Shown here one piece after another: positions 41,046 through 50,821 of a DNA stretch of 64,000 nt. The notes beneath the pieces were generated by a model. It was not told the origin of the DNA. It saw only the letters and a program-made list of their open reading frames with translations, and did not search any database. Every line of letters starts with the position of its first letter. Positions within the stretch are counted from its first letter, which is position 1. This DNA comes from Candidatus Limnocylindria bacterium (GTDB lineage Bacteria; Chloroflexota; Limnocylindria; P2-11E): positions 39,991-103,990 of the forward strand of contig JBBQVQ010000001.1 of assembly GCA_038211425.1 (NCBI GenBank), in the 5' to 3' direction. Position numbers and translations under genes: made by a program.

Positions 41046-41881
41046 CCGAGCAACGCGGACGCCGGGGAGCGGTCGAGGCGATCGGCAGGGCTTTGTTCGT
41101 CGCCGTCCTCGCGGCGTTCTTCCTCAATCTGTTCGCGGCGATCGCGACGGTCATCGTGAACTCGTTCGCCCGGACGTGGTTCGGCGGATGGTTCCCCGAC
41201 GGGCTGGTGACCCGGTGGTATGGATACGCCGACAGCGAATTCGGCATGGTCGACGTGCTTCGGTTCACCCTCGTCGTCACACTGGCCGTCGCATTTCTGG
41301 CATGTCTCTTCGGCGTGCCGGCCGCCTACGTCCTCGCGCGCGCGCGATTTCGTGGTAAGCGCGCGCTCGTCCTGCTCTACCTGCTGCCGATGCTCATGCC
41401 ACCGTTCACCTACGGCATCCCCCTCGCGTCTCTGCTGTACCGAGCGCAGCTCGCCGGCACGCTGCCCGGGGTGATCCTCATCAACCTGGTCCCGGCGCTT
41501 CCCTTCGTGATCCTCGTGATGACGCCGTTCATCGAGCAGCTCGATCCCAATCTCGAATCGGCGGGACGCATGCTCGGCGCGTCGCCGTGGGCCCTGTTCC
41601 GGCGGGTCCTCCTGCCGCTCCTCGTCCCGGGGGTCCTCACCGCCGCACTCCTGGTGGTCGTCCGGACGATGGGGCTGTTCGAGCTCACCTTCCTGGTATC
41701 CGGCGCGGATAGCCAGACCCTCGTGGTCGCCCTGTACTCCGCGATCTTCGGGGCGGGCATACGTCCGGCACAGGCCGTCGACGCCATGGCCGTCGTGTAC
41801 ATGGGCACGACGCTGGCGATCCTGGTCGTGGCGCTGCGATTCGTGAGCCCGACGCAGATGGTCTTCAGGGTCCGCGGCTGA
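41042..41881 (+). CDS. ABC transporter permease (PotC-like)
   Basis: Six TM helices. ATGA overlap with the upstream gene. Confidence 0.85.
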   Translation: MTEQRGRRGAVEAIGRALFVAVLAAFFLNLFAAIATVIVNSFARTWFGGWFPDGLVTRWYGYADSEFGMVDVLRFTLVVTLAVAFLACLFGVPAAYVLARARFRGKRALVLLYLLPMLMPPFTYGIPLASLLYRAQLAGTLPGVILINLVPALPFVILVMTPFIEQLDPNLESAGRMLGASPWALFRRVLLPLLVPGVLTAALLVVVRTMGLFELTFLVSGADSQTLVVALYSAIFGAGIRPAQAVDAMAVVYMGTTLAILVVALRFVSPTQMVFRVRG

Positions 41882-41892
41882 CCCCGCACGAG

Positions 41893-42729
41893 ATGGTCGC
41901 CCGCTGGGCGGCCAACTGCCGGCCGCCCAGCGGTGCGGTCGCGATCCTGCGCCTCGGACAATCCGGCTTCGCCCTGCGGGGAGACGGCACGACCCTGCTC
42001 GTGGACCCCCTTCTCTCCGCGCGTGCGGACCAGCTCGCGCCGCCCGCGGCCGGACCGGAGGATCTCGGCGCTCTCGACGCGGTGATCGCGACACACGAGC
42101 ATCGCGACCACCTCGATCTTGCGGTCTGGCCTCAACTCGCGGCCGCCTCGCCGGCGGCGTGGTTCGTCGTACCCGAGCCTCTTGCCGGCCGCGTTTCGGC
42201 GACCGTACCCGCGGGCCGTGTCATCGGCGCGTCGGTGGGCCGCCGCATCGAGGTAGGTGCGGCCCGCATCGATCCCGTTCCGGCGCGCCATGGGGTGCAC
42301 GTGGCCGACGCGTACGCGTTCGGCCAGGAGCTCTCGAACGGCTCCCACCGCTACCTGGGTTACGTCATCGAGCTCGCCGGGATGCGGCTGTATCACGCGG
42401 GCGACACCATCGGTTACGAAGGCCACGCGGAGCGCCTGCGGGCGCATGGCGTCGACGTGGCGTTCCTCCCGATAAACGGACGCGATCCCGAACGCGAGGC
42501 GCGGGACATCGTCGGCAACCTGGAGGCCGACGAGGCCGCGGATCTCGCCGCGGCGGCTGGCATCCCGATCGTCGTCCCGATGCACCATGACGCGATCGCC
42601 GGGAACACCGGCCGCGCCGCGGACCTCGTCGAGCAAGCGGAGCGGCGCCGTCCCGCGCTCTGCATCGTCGTGCTGGGGCTGGCGGGGAGCATCGTGATCG
42701 CCAGTGGAGGCCGAGCGGCTTCCGTGTAA
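41893..42729 (+). CDS. MBL-fold metallo-hydrolase
   Basis: HEHRDH metal motif and a later H..GDT...H motif; 278 aa. Confidence 0.75.
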   Translation: MVARWAANCRPPSGAVAILRLGQSGFALRGDGTTLLVDPLLSARADQLAPPAAGPEDLGALDAVIATHEHRDHLDLAVWPQLAAASPAAWFVVPEPLAGRVSATVPAGRVIGASVGRRIEVGAARIDPVPARHGVHVADAYAFGQELSNGSHRYLGYVIELAGMRLYHAGDTIGYEGHAERLRAHGVDVAFLPINGRDPEREARDIVGNLEADEAADLAAAAGIPIVVPMHHDAIAGNTGRAADLVEQAERRRPALCIVVLGLAGSIVIASGGRAASV

Positions 42730-42751
42730 GCGCTGGCCAGTCCTCCGTGCC

Positions 42752-43723
42752 CTATGGGGCGGTCGAGAGACGTCCGCGCTCGAGCCGCTCGGCGTCGTCG
42801 AAGTGGCGCCGGAGCTCGGCCGAGGTGATCTTCGTGTAGCGCCGCGTCGTCTGGGGGCTCGCGTGTCCCGCGAGCTCCTGCGCGGCGAGAAGGCCAGCGT
42901 GGCGCGCGACGATCGTCAAACGGCCGTGACGGAACCAGTGCGGCGAAAAGTCGTCGGGTAGGCCCGCGCGGCGAGCCAATGCGGTCACGAGTGCCTGGAC
43001 CGAACGAGGAGCGACCGGGTACACGTCCTTCACCGGAATGCGCTCGCGCGTGGTCGGATCGACTACGCGCCGCACGGTCCGTCGCGAGACGAAGAGGTGC
43101 GGCGACTCGTCGCGCCGCGTGTTCAAATACCTCGTCAGCCATTCCGCGGCGTCGGCAGTGAGGTACGTGCCGCGCACCTTCTTGCCCTTGCCGAGCACCT
43201 CGACCTCGCGCGTTCGGAGGTCCACGCGGCGACGGGTGAGCGCGCAAAGCTCCGAGAGCCGGCAGCCCGTCGCAAAGAGCACCTCCAGCAGGGCACGATC
43301 CCGCAACTTGGTCTGGGACTTGGATGGCAGCGCCGCGATGAGGCGGTCGAAGTCGGCGCGCTCCATGTGGCGTGTCTGGCGGTCGCCGATCTTCGCGAGG
43401 ACGACGGTGTCCGGGGCCGGCAGCGCCTGATCGCAACGCGTGACGCCGTGACGGATCAGCCCACGCAGGGCCGACGCATACAGATTGCGCGTGGCGAGCG
43501 TCAGCGGCCCGTCGGGGGTCCGACGCTCGGCCAGGTCCATCTGGTACGCCACGATGAGCGGCCGGTCGATGTGCGCCGCGGGAGCCGCGAGCGCGACGCC
43601 GCGGCCTTCCGCGAAATCCAAGAAGTCGCGGACGTAGGCATGGTAATGCGATACGGTCCGCTCGGCCCTTCCGGCGAGCGTGAGATGGGCGAAGTAGTCG
43701 TCGACCAGCTCAGCGAGCGTCAT
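42752..43723 (-). CDS. tyrosine-type site-specific recombinase/integrase (XerC/D-like)
   Basis: N-terminal core-binding domain and catalytic R...H.LR.....Y residues (HWFRHGRLT, RRYTKI). Start taken at MTLAELVDDYFAHL (aa 66 of track ORF 42752..43918). Confidence 0.85.
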   Translation of the reverse strand: MTLAELVDDYFAHLTLAGRAERTVSHYHAYVRDFLDFAEGRGVALAAPAAHIDRPLIVAYQMDLAERRTPDGPLTLATRNLYASALRGLIRHGVTRCDQALPAPDTVVLAKIGDRQTRHMERADFDRLIAALPSKSQTKLRDRALLEVLFATGCRLSELCALTRRRVDLRTREVEVLGKGKKVRGTYLTADAAEWLTRYLNTRRDESPHLFVSRRTVRRVVDPTTRERIPVKDVYPVAPRSVQALVTALARRAGLPDDFSPHWFRHGRLTIVARHAGLLAAQELAGHASPQTTRRYTKITSAELRRHFDDAERLERGRLSTAP

Positions 43724-43966
43724 CGAGGCTATGGGCCGTACCCGCACACATGGCGAAGCGTATGTCATTCGAGTGCTCGCCCGGCTGCGCTCGCCGACGC
43801 GGTCACGCGCCAATTGGTCGAATGGGTGGGGGAGCGCAACTCCTGCGGCTCCTTTTCGTCGTGCGGATGTCTTCGTGAGAACCCACCCGCGTCGAGATCT
43901 CGTAGGCGCTCGGGCCAACGACCGTCATCGAGCCGTCCGACCAGTGGCCAGACTTAGACTTCGCCG

Positions 43967-45230
43967 ATGAGGACGGCCATCAGGAAGGCACTGGGGACGG
44001 TGGTCCTCGGGGCACTCCTCGGCTACGTCGTCATGGCGTTCGGCGGTCCGATGGTCCAGCAGCTGGCGCTCTTCGGCCAGCGCGAGGCCCCCGAGGCACG
44101 CCGCTACATGATCGGCGTGCTGCAGAACGAGCCCGAGACGCTGTCCGCGCTCAGCCCGCGCGCCGATCTCGTGTCGCGCGCGCTCCAGTTCCAGAGAGCC
44201 AGCAGGCGCAGGGCCAGTGGCGGCCCATCTCTCTGACCTACCTGGGCGGAGGGACTTCGGGGACGCTGAGCGTCCACATATACGCGATCGAACTGCGCGG
44301 CACGCAGGGTCGCGAGCAGTTTATCTCGTTCGCCCTCACGCTCGCCAACGGCAAGGTCATCCGGCGGGAATGAGGGCCGTCGCGACCGTCCTCGTCCCCG
44401 CCGGCTCGCGCAGCTCGTCGACAGCGACCTGCTCAAGGCGCTTGGGCCGGCCCTGCAGCCGCTCCAGGAGATCCTCGAGGTGAAGTTCGTTGGTGCGGCG
44501 GAGCGAAAAGGCGACATCCTCTCCGCATACGTGGCGAGTGGGCGTGATATGAGCGGTCGCAGCTTCTCCGTGGGTGTGGTCTTCCGCGTCAGTGGTTCCT
44601 CTCGCGGCCGCGCAAGTACGTGGTCACACCGGACAGCCCGCAGATCGGGCTCTCGTTCGCGAATTACCGGGGCCAGTCGGACCTGCTCGAGCACGCAAAG
44701 ACCACGGTCAAGATCCTGCGCGGCGTACGCCGCTTCCGCGAGCTCGGCGGAGAGCCGCCGCGCGGAATGCTCCTCTCGCGAGGGCGCCCGGCACCGGCAA
44801 GACGTTCCTCGCCGGCGTGATGGCGGCCGAGGCGAACCTCCCGTTCATCTACATCGACGCCTCTTCGCTCACGGACCTCGATCGGGGTCCAGCCGACGGA
44901 GTCCGCGACCATCATGTCGGTTCTCCGGCTGCAGGTACCTCGCCACGTCGAGGTCCGGGACGTGTGCCTTCCCATCGACGAGCTCGACTCCATCGGGCTC
45001 AGCCGCGGCGGCATGCAGGGCAGCCAGGGGCAGGGCGGCATGGGCGGGATGGGACTCAAGACGATCATCAGAGCTCTTCCTCGGAACGAAGATGACCGGC
45101 GCCGGGAGCGACCTCCAGACAGCGAGCACGCACGCGCTCATGTGTACGTCTCGCAGTTCGGCATGGGCCCGAGCCTCCTCACGTCGCCGATGCGTGGACC
45201 CGCCGGCGGGTCCTCTCGCCTAACTTAGCG
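43967..45230 (+). pseudogene. AAA+ ATPase (FtsH-like) pseudogene disrupted by at least two frameshifts
   Basis: The protein is recoverable only by frame-hopping. An N-terminal TM-like ORF (43967..44236) is followed by the pre-Walker-A segment FANYRGQSDLLEHAKTTVKILRGVRRFRELGGEPPRGMLLS in frame 1, Walker A APGTGKTFLAGVMAAEANLPFIYIDAS in frame 0, and Walker B CLPIDELDSIG back in frame 1. The first shift maps to a missing G in a G-run near 44790. Confidence 0.6.
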
Positions 45231-45402
45231 TCAAAGAGTCATTGTACGCAATGTCATGATCTCCGCTCGACTGACCCATCCGCGTTGTACCCACTTCGTG
45301 CTGGGCGCCGCCCATGCCTGGCGCGCCACCAGCTAGGGGCCGGGCGGCGCCGCCGCGGCTGTCCGCTCCGATCTGTGCGCGCAGCTGTTCGGGATCACTC
45401 GG

Positions 45403-45438
45403 GCTGCTGCCGCCCGGGACGCTTCCGGCGGCAGCAGC
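45403..45438 (-). terminator. 12-bp perfect GC-rich stem-loop 20 nt downstream of the FAD-oxidase stop (candidate intrinsic terminator without U-tract)
   Basis: gctgctgccgcc-(12 nt loop)-ggcggcagcagc. Confidence 0.35.
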
Positions 45439-45456
45439 ACGGGGGCTCGCGTCCTT

Positions 45457-46827
45457 TTACGGCTTGATGTTCTGGTTGAGGCGGAAAAGGTTGTTCGGGT
45501 CGTAGGCCCGCTTGACCTCGACCAGCCGCTGATAGTTGCCGCGGTAGTTGGCCTTGATCCGGTCCTGGTCGTCGCCGGCCATGAAGTTGATATACCCCCC
45601 GGCCTCCGAGAGCGGCGCCGTCGCGTCGTAGTAGTCGCGCACCCACTTGGTGTTCGCCTCGTTCTGCGCCGGATCCGGCCACATCCCCGCGATCACGGTG
45701 GCGAACGTGGCGTCCCGATACGCGAACGCCGTCGCGTCGGGCGCGACCCGGTGGGCGGCTCCGTTGATCGGGTAGATGTGGACCGTCGAGTTCACCACCG
45801 GAACCTTCGGCCCATGCTGGAGGTGCGCGTCGATGGCTTCGTCGGTGAGCTCCTTCACGAAATTGGCCTTCCAGTAGTGCTGCAGGCCGGCCGGCACGAG
45901 CGCGTCGAAGGCGCTGTTCAGCGCCGGATACGGCATCGGTCCGACGTGCTCGGCCACGACCGGAGCGACATCGTGGAGCGGCTTGAGGGCGCGTTCTCCC
46001 TCCTCGATGGGCCCGGCCCAGCAGGCGACGAACGCGAGGAACGGCTCGCCCTGCCGCTTCTCCGGGATGAATGGGAGCGGCGGCGCGATCTGCCATGCGG
46101 GAAAGCCGCCGAACTGCTCGGGAGCGTCGGCGATGAACTCACGGTAGAAGCGCAGGATCTCCGCCGCGTCCTTCAATTCGAAGAACATGGGGCCGCCGTA
46201 GATGTCCTTCACCGGATGGACCCTGAACTCCAGGGAGGTCACGACGCCGAAATTCCCGCCGCCGCCGCGAAGCGCCCAGAAAAGGTCGGGGTTCTCCGTA
46301 TCGCTGGCGACGAGCTGCCGCCCATCCGCGGTCACGACCTCGGCAGACAGCAAGTTGTCGCACGAGAGTCCGAATCCGCGCGTGAGGTACCCGATCCCGC
46401 CGCCGAGCGTCAGCCCGCCGACCCCCGTGGTCGATATGATCCCGCCCGTCGTCGCGAGGCCGTGGGCATGCGTCGCGTTGTTGAAATCCCCCCAGGTCGC
46501 GCCACCTTCGGCGCGAGCGGTCCGCTTTGCGGGGTCGACGCGGACCCCTCGCATCCGGGAGAGGTCCACGACCACGGCATCGTCGGCCGTTCCGAATCCA
46601 GGAACACTGTGCCCGCCACCCCGCACGGCGATCGCGAGCTCCCCCTCGCGCGCGAAGGCGACGGCGGCCTTCACGTCGTCCGCATTGGCGGCTTGAACGA
46701 CGACGCGCGGCCGCTTGTCGATCATGGCGTTGTAGACCCTGCGTGCCGTCTCGTAGCCCTCGTCGTCCGCGGTGATCACCGAGCCGCGCACCCGCTCCTG
46801 CAGCTGTCCGGTCATGAGTCTCGCCAT
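45457..46827 (-). CDS. FAD-binding oxidoreductase (FAD-linked oxidase / BBE-like)
   Basis: PCMH-type FAD-binding domain (AVRGGGHS, GGGNFGVVT) and a BBE-like C-terminus. ATG at 46827 has a ggggagg RBS; the track extension to 47040 is judged spurious. Confidence 0.85.
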   Translation of the reverse strand: MARLMTGQLQERVRGSVITADDEGYETARRVYNAMIDKRPRVVVQAANADDVKAAVAFAREGELAIAVRGGGHSVPGFGTADDAVVVDLSRMRGVRVDPAKRTARAEGGATWGDFNNATHAHGLATTGGIISTTGVGGLTLGGGIGYLTRGFGLSCDNLLSAEVVTADGRQLVASDTENPDLFWALRGGGGNFGVVTSLEFRVHPVKDIYGGPMFFELKDAAEILRFYREFIADAPEQFGGFPAWQIAPPLPFIPEKRQGEPFLAFVACWAGPIEEGERALKPLHDVAPVVAEHVGPMPYPALNSAFDALVPAGLQHYWKANFVKELTDEAIDAHLQHGPKVPVVNSTVHIYPINGAAHRVAPDATAFAYRDATFATVIAGMWPDPAQNEANTKWVRDYYDATAPLSEAGGYINFMAGDDQDRIKANYRGNYQRLVEVKRAYDPNNLFRLNQNIKP

Positions 46828-46957
46828 CGCCGTTTGCCTCCCCGTCAGCCTTCCGGTCCCACCTCCGGCTGCGGCCGGGATTGTAGGACGGGACGCAACG
46901 TCGAGGGCTAGCGGTGATCGCCCGCGAGCGGCGGGGCAGCCGGGATATGAGGCAGCC

Positions 46958-47266
46958 TTACTCCGGAGCGGCCTTGAGAAGCCAGCGCGCGATCGTGGCG
47001 TCGGTCTGACCCGCCGCGTCGAGCTCGGCACCACCGGCACGGATCACCGGGATCCGCAGCGCGTAGCGGTCAAAGAGGGCCGGGTCGGCTGTGATGTCGA
47101 GGCGCTCGATAGCGAGAGGACGGTCGAGCGAGATCCTGCGCAGCTGGCGGTGCGCCTCCGCGCACAGCCCGCACTGCGCCTTCTCGAGCAGGGTGACGGC
47201 CAGGGGGGCGCCGCGGTGGGTGCGCTTGCGCACGAGCGCGAGACCGCGGCGCAGGTTCCCCCGCAT
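46958..47266 (-). CDS. glutaredoxin-like thioredoxin-fold protein (DUF836-like, CxxC)
   Basis: VTLLEKAQCGLCAEAHR...DITADPALFDRYALRIPVI thioredoxin-fold motif. This is the C-terminal 102 aa of a 485-aa spurious antisense ORF. Start at ATG 47266; an alternative GTG lies 11 codons in. Confidence 0.6.
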   Translation of the reverse strand: MRGNLRRGLALVRKRTHRGAPLAVTLLEKAQCGLCAEAHRQLRRISLDRPLAIERLDITADPALFDRYALRIPVIRAGGAELDAAGQTDATIARWLLKAAPE

Positions 47267-47308
47267 CCCGTAGATTTTCCCATCGTGGGCCGCTTTGTAC
47301 GACCGCAG

Positions 47309-48136
47309 GTGTTTTTGTCGACCGCCGAGGTCGCCTCCCGCCTCGAGGATCCCGCGGTCCGGCTGGTGGACTGCCGTTGGACCGAGGAAGGTGCGCGCGA
47401 TGCATACATCGCCGGGCACCTGCCCGGTGCGGTGCACTGCGACTGGGCGCGCGACCTGTCGGCTCCCCCGCCTCCAGGCGGCCATCCCCGCTGGATGCTT
47501 CAGGGCCCCGAAGACTTCGCGGCGACCATGGCGCGCCTGGGCATCGGCAATGAGACGACCGTCATCGGATATGACCGGGAGGGCGGGCACCACGCCGCGC
47601 GCCTCTGGCTCGCGCTGCGGCGCTACGGCCACGACCGCATGGCGGTAATGGACGGAGGCCTCCCGAAGTGGCAGGCGGAGGGCCGGCCGCTCGAGAGCGG
47701 CGAGACCGATGCGCCCCAGGCGACCTTTCTCCCAGCGCCTCGGTCCGGCGTCGTGGCGTCGAAGGACGAGGTGCTCTCGGCTGTGACCAGCGGCGATCCC
47801 TGGTTGCTCGACGTGCGGCGCGAGACCGAGTACACCGGCGAAGAGGCGCGCGCCGCCCGTGGCGGCCACATCCCCGGCGCCGTTCACATCCTCTGGAGAG
47901 ACGCGCTGCACGAGGACTGGACGCTGCGCGACCCGGACGAGCTCGACGACCTTTATGCGGACGCCGGTTTCGGCGCCGACACGCGCGCGATCACCTACTG
48001 CCAGGCCGGCATCCGCGCCGCATTCACGCACCTCGTGCTCCACGCACTCGGCCGCGACGACGTCCGAACGTACGACGGATCGTGGGAGGAATGGGGCAAC
48101 GACCCCACCCTCCCGGTGGTGAAGGGCCGCAGCTGA
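47309..48136 (+). CDS. rhodanese-domain sulfurtransferase (tandem rhodanese, thiosulfate/3-mercaptopyruvate sulfurtransferase-like)
   Basis: DPAVRLVDCRW in the N-terminal domain and active-site CQAGIRA in the second domain. GTG at 47309; the long upstream track ORF is antisense to the FAD oxidase. Confidence 0.8.
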   Translation: MFLSTAEVASRLEDPAVRLVDCRWTEEGARDAYIAGHLPGAVHCDWARDLSAPPPPGGHPRWMLQGPEDFAATMARLGIGNETTVIGYDREGGHHAARLWLALRRYGHDRMAVMDGGLPKWQAEGRPLESGETDAPQATFLPAPRSGVVASKDEVLSAVTSGDPWLLDVRRETEYTGEEARAARGGHIPGAVHILWRDALHEDWTLRDPDELDDLYADAGFGADTRAITYCQAGIRAAFTHLVLHALGRDDVRTYDGSWEEWGNDPTLPVVKGRS

Positions 48137-48148
48137 GTGAACGCGACG

Positions 48149-48171
48149 GCGTGCCCTCGCTGAGGGCGCGC
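48149..48171. terminator. 10-bp stem-loop between convergent rhodanese (+) and MFS (-) genes (candidate bidirectional terminator)
   Basis: gcgtgccctc-gct-gagggcgcgc with one G·U pair. Confidence 0.3.
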
Positions 48172-48173
48172 AG

Positions 48174-49391
48174 TCAGCGCGCCGCGGCGGGCCGCGGCAC
48201 CAGGGCGAACGTGATACCCGCCGCCAGCAGCGCCAGCGCCGCCGCCACGGCGAGGGCGACGGTCGTCGAGACACCGAGGAGCAGTCCCGCGAGGGCAGAC
48301 CCGACCGGAACGCCGGAGTAGTTAAGGTGCATCGAGACCGCGAACGCGCGCCCGTACCAGGCCGGGTCGGTGACGCGCTGGCGCAGCGAGAATAGCCCGA
48401 TGTCCATTGGCCCACCGAACAACCCCGTGAACAGCGCGCCCAGCGCGACGACGACGAGCGATGCCGCGAAGGTCAGGACGCCGATGCCGAGCGCGATCCC
48501 GAGCAGGCCGCCGATGATGAAGAGCCGCTCGCGACCTTCGCTGCCGAGTCGACCGGCGGTGAGCCCCGAGATCACCCCACCGGCTCCGACGACGCCCCAG
48601 AGCACGCCGACGAGGGAGGCGCCGCCATGAAGCCGTTCGAAGACGAGCACCGGCAGCGCGACCAGCAGGATCCCCTGCGCGAGATTGCCGACCGAGACGC
48701 CGAGGGCGAGTCCGCGAAGGCTGCGGTTCCGCATGACGTACATCACGCCCGCGCGCGCGTCGTTCACCACGCCACCGGACTCGATCGGTCTCTCCCGTAT
48801 CCGGATACCGATGAGCGCGAGGGCGCTCAACAGATAGACGCCCGCCGTCGCCGCGATCCCGGCCTCAGCTCCCGCGAACCCGACGATCGCGCCGGCGACC
48901 GGAGGCCCGACGATCGCCGTCAGCGTGTACCCCATGGCGTCGACGGCGTTCGCGCGGTCCCAGAGTCCGCTCGGGACCACGAGCGGGAATAGCGTGCGTG
49001 CACCGGCCGCGCCGAGGGGGTTCGTGATCGATGCGGCGACGACGAGCAGTAACAGAAGATGGAGCGACAACGCGCCGTTCAGCGAGAGAGCGGCGATCGC
49101 GGCGAGCACGACGCACGAGACGCCGAAATCTATGGCCATGAGCCTGACGCGGCCGTAGCGGTCGAGGAGCGCGCCGGCCAGCGGGCTGACGAGGATCCCC
49201 GGTGCGATGCCGAGGAAGACGGCAAGGCCGGCGAGTCCAGGCGAGCCGAACCGCGAGAGCACGAACAGCACGAGCGCGAGCTGCCACATCGCCGCAGCCG
49301 TCCGGACCAGGATCGTCGATGCGGCCAGGCGCGCGAAGTGCGGGACGCCCAAGAGCTCCGCGTATCCGGCACGCGGTGTGGCGACCGTCAC
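48174..49391 (-). CDS. MFS transporter
   Basis: 405 aa, 12 TM helices, D-R-x-G-R-like loop LDRYGRVR. Confidence 0.85.
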   Translation of the reverse strand: MTVATPRAGYAELLGVPHFARLAASTILVRTAAAMWQLALVLFVLSRFGSPGLAGLAVFLGIAPGILVSPLAGALLDRYGRVRLMAIDFGVSCVVLAAIAALSLNGALSLHLLLLLVVAASITNPLGAAGARTLFPLVVPSGLWDRANAVDAMGYTLTAIVGPPVAGAIVGFAGAEAGIAATAGVYLLSALALIGIRIRERPIESGGVVNDARAGVMYVMRNRSLRGLALGVSVGNLAQGILLVALPVLVFERLHGGASLVGVLWGVVGAGGVISGLTAGRLGSEGRERLFIIGGLLGIALGIGVLTFAASLVVVALGALFTGLFGGPMDIGLFSLRQRVTDPAWYGRAFAVSMHLNYSGVPVGSALAGLLLGVSTTVALAVAAALALLAAGITFALVPRPAAAR

Positions 49392-49412
49392 CTCCCCACT
49401 GCGAGGTTTCGG

Positions 49413-50678
49413 CTAGAAGGCGGCGTTGAGCTCGGCGGCGAGCGACGGCGGAACGTCCGCCTCGATCTCGATCCCCCGCTCGTTGTAGTCGGCGCGGTGC
49501 AGAGCCCCTCGTTCGCGGATGCGCTGGACCATCGCGCCCGATGCGTGAGGGAGCGTGAGCGCGACGCGCTGCCACAACGAGGCCGCGAGCAGAGCGATGC
49601 GTGCGCGGAGCTCCTCGAGTCCCGCACCGCGCAGGGCGGACACGAAGATGGCCTCCGGGAACTCGGCGCCGAGCGCCTCATGGAGCGCCTCGCCCTCGGG
49701 TCCCGAGAGCGCGTCAGCCTTGTTGAGCACGAGCAGGGTCGAACGCTCCTGGAGCCCCAGCGAGCGGAGGGTGTCCCGGACGACGGCGCTCTGCTCGTGC
49801 ACGTTCGGGTGCGACACATCGGCCACGTGGATCAGCAGATCGGCTCCGTCGAGCTCCTCGAGCGTCGCGTGGAACGCCGCGACGAGCGTCGGCGGCAGCT
49901 TGTTCACGAAGCCGACCGTATCCGAAAGCAGCGCCAGCGTGCCGTTCGGCAGCGCGATCCTGCGCGTCGTCGGATCGAGCGTAGCGAACGGCTGATCGGC
50001 GACGAGCACCTCGGAGCCGGACAGCGCGTTCAGTAGCGTGGACTTTCCGGCATTCGTGTACCCGACCAGCGCTGCGAGGAACAGCCCTTCCGCGGCGCGC
50101 GAGCGTCTGCTGCGGGCCCGCTGGGCCGAAAGCTCGTCGAGCCGTCCCTTCAGCTCCTGGATCCGGCGGCGGATCACCTGCCTGTCGCTCTCGAGCTTGG
50201 ACTCGCCTGGCCCGCGCGTTCCGATACCACCGCCGAGGCGCGAAAGGCCGAGCGATCCTCCGGTCAAGCGGGGCAGGCGGTATTCGAGCTGCGCGAGCTC
50301 CACCTGGAGGCGGCCCTCCCTGGTCCGCGCGTGCCGCGCGAATATGTCGAGGATCAGCGCGGAGCGGTCGATCACTGCGAGCTTTGTCGCCTTCTCGAGC
50401 GATCGCTGCTGCGTCGGCGACAGCTCGTCGTCGCAGACCAGGAGATCCGCGGCCACGCGGCCGCACTCGAGGGCGACCTCCTCGAGCTTCCCCTTCCCCA
50501 CCCAGCTGTTCGGATCGGGCGCACGGCGGCGTTGCTCGCTGCGCCCGACGACTCGTGCGTCGGCGGCAACCGCCAGCGCCGCCAGCTCGTCGAGCGAGTC
50601 CTCGACGTCGAGGGTGGCGCCCGGGGTCTGCAGCCCGAGCAGGAACGCGCGCTCCGGCGGATCCGCCGTGTCGATCAT
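49413..50678 (-). CDS. hflX: GTPase HflX
   Basis: HflX N-domain, G1 GYTNAGKSTLLNAL, DTVGF and NKAD motifs. ATG at 50678 has a gagggag RBS; the track extension is judged spurious. Confidence 0.9.
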   Translation of the reverse strand: MIDTADPPERAFLLGLQTPGATLDVEDSLDELAALAVAADARVVGRSEQRRRAPDPNSWVGKGKLEEVALECGRVAADLLVCDDELSPTQQRSLEKATKLAVIDRSALILDIFARHARTREGRLQVELAQLEYRLPRLTGGSLGLSRLGGGIGTRGPGESKLESDRQVIRRRIQELKGRLDELSAQRARSRRSRAAEGLFLAALVGYTNAGKSTLLNALSGSEVLVADQPFATLDPTTRRIALPNGTLALLSDTVGFVNKLPPTLVAAFHATLEELDGADLLIHVADVSHPNVHEQSAVVRDTLRSLGLQERSTLLVLNKADALSGPEGEALHEALGAEFPEAIFVSALRGAGLEELRARIALLAASLWQRVALTLPHASGAMVQRIRERGALHRADYNERGIEIEADVPPSLAAELNAAF

Positions 50679-50821
50679 CGTCGCTGCTCCCTCTGAAAAA
50701 ACGCGGCATGCATGCGCCTGCGCGCTTGCGCGGGCAGCAGCATCGTGGATGAGGAGTGTGCCACCCCGAGCGAAAAGGGACCGCGTCCCCGGCGACGCAA
50801 CGGCGTCGGTAGCATGCGGGC

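Noticed and set aside
42700-43000. tRNA or attachment site next to the integrase
   Set aside because: No tRNA-like T-arm (GGTTCGAATCC-type) or cloverleaf could be found in or near the integrase flanks. The region is fully coding.
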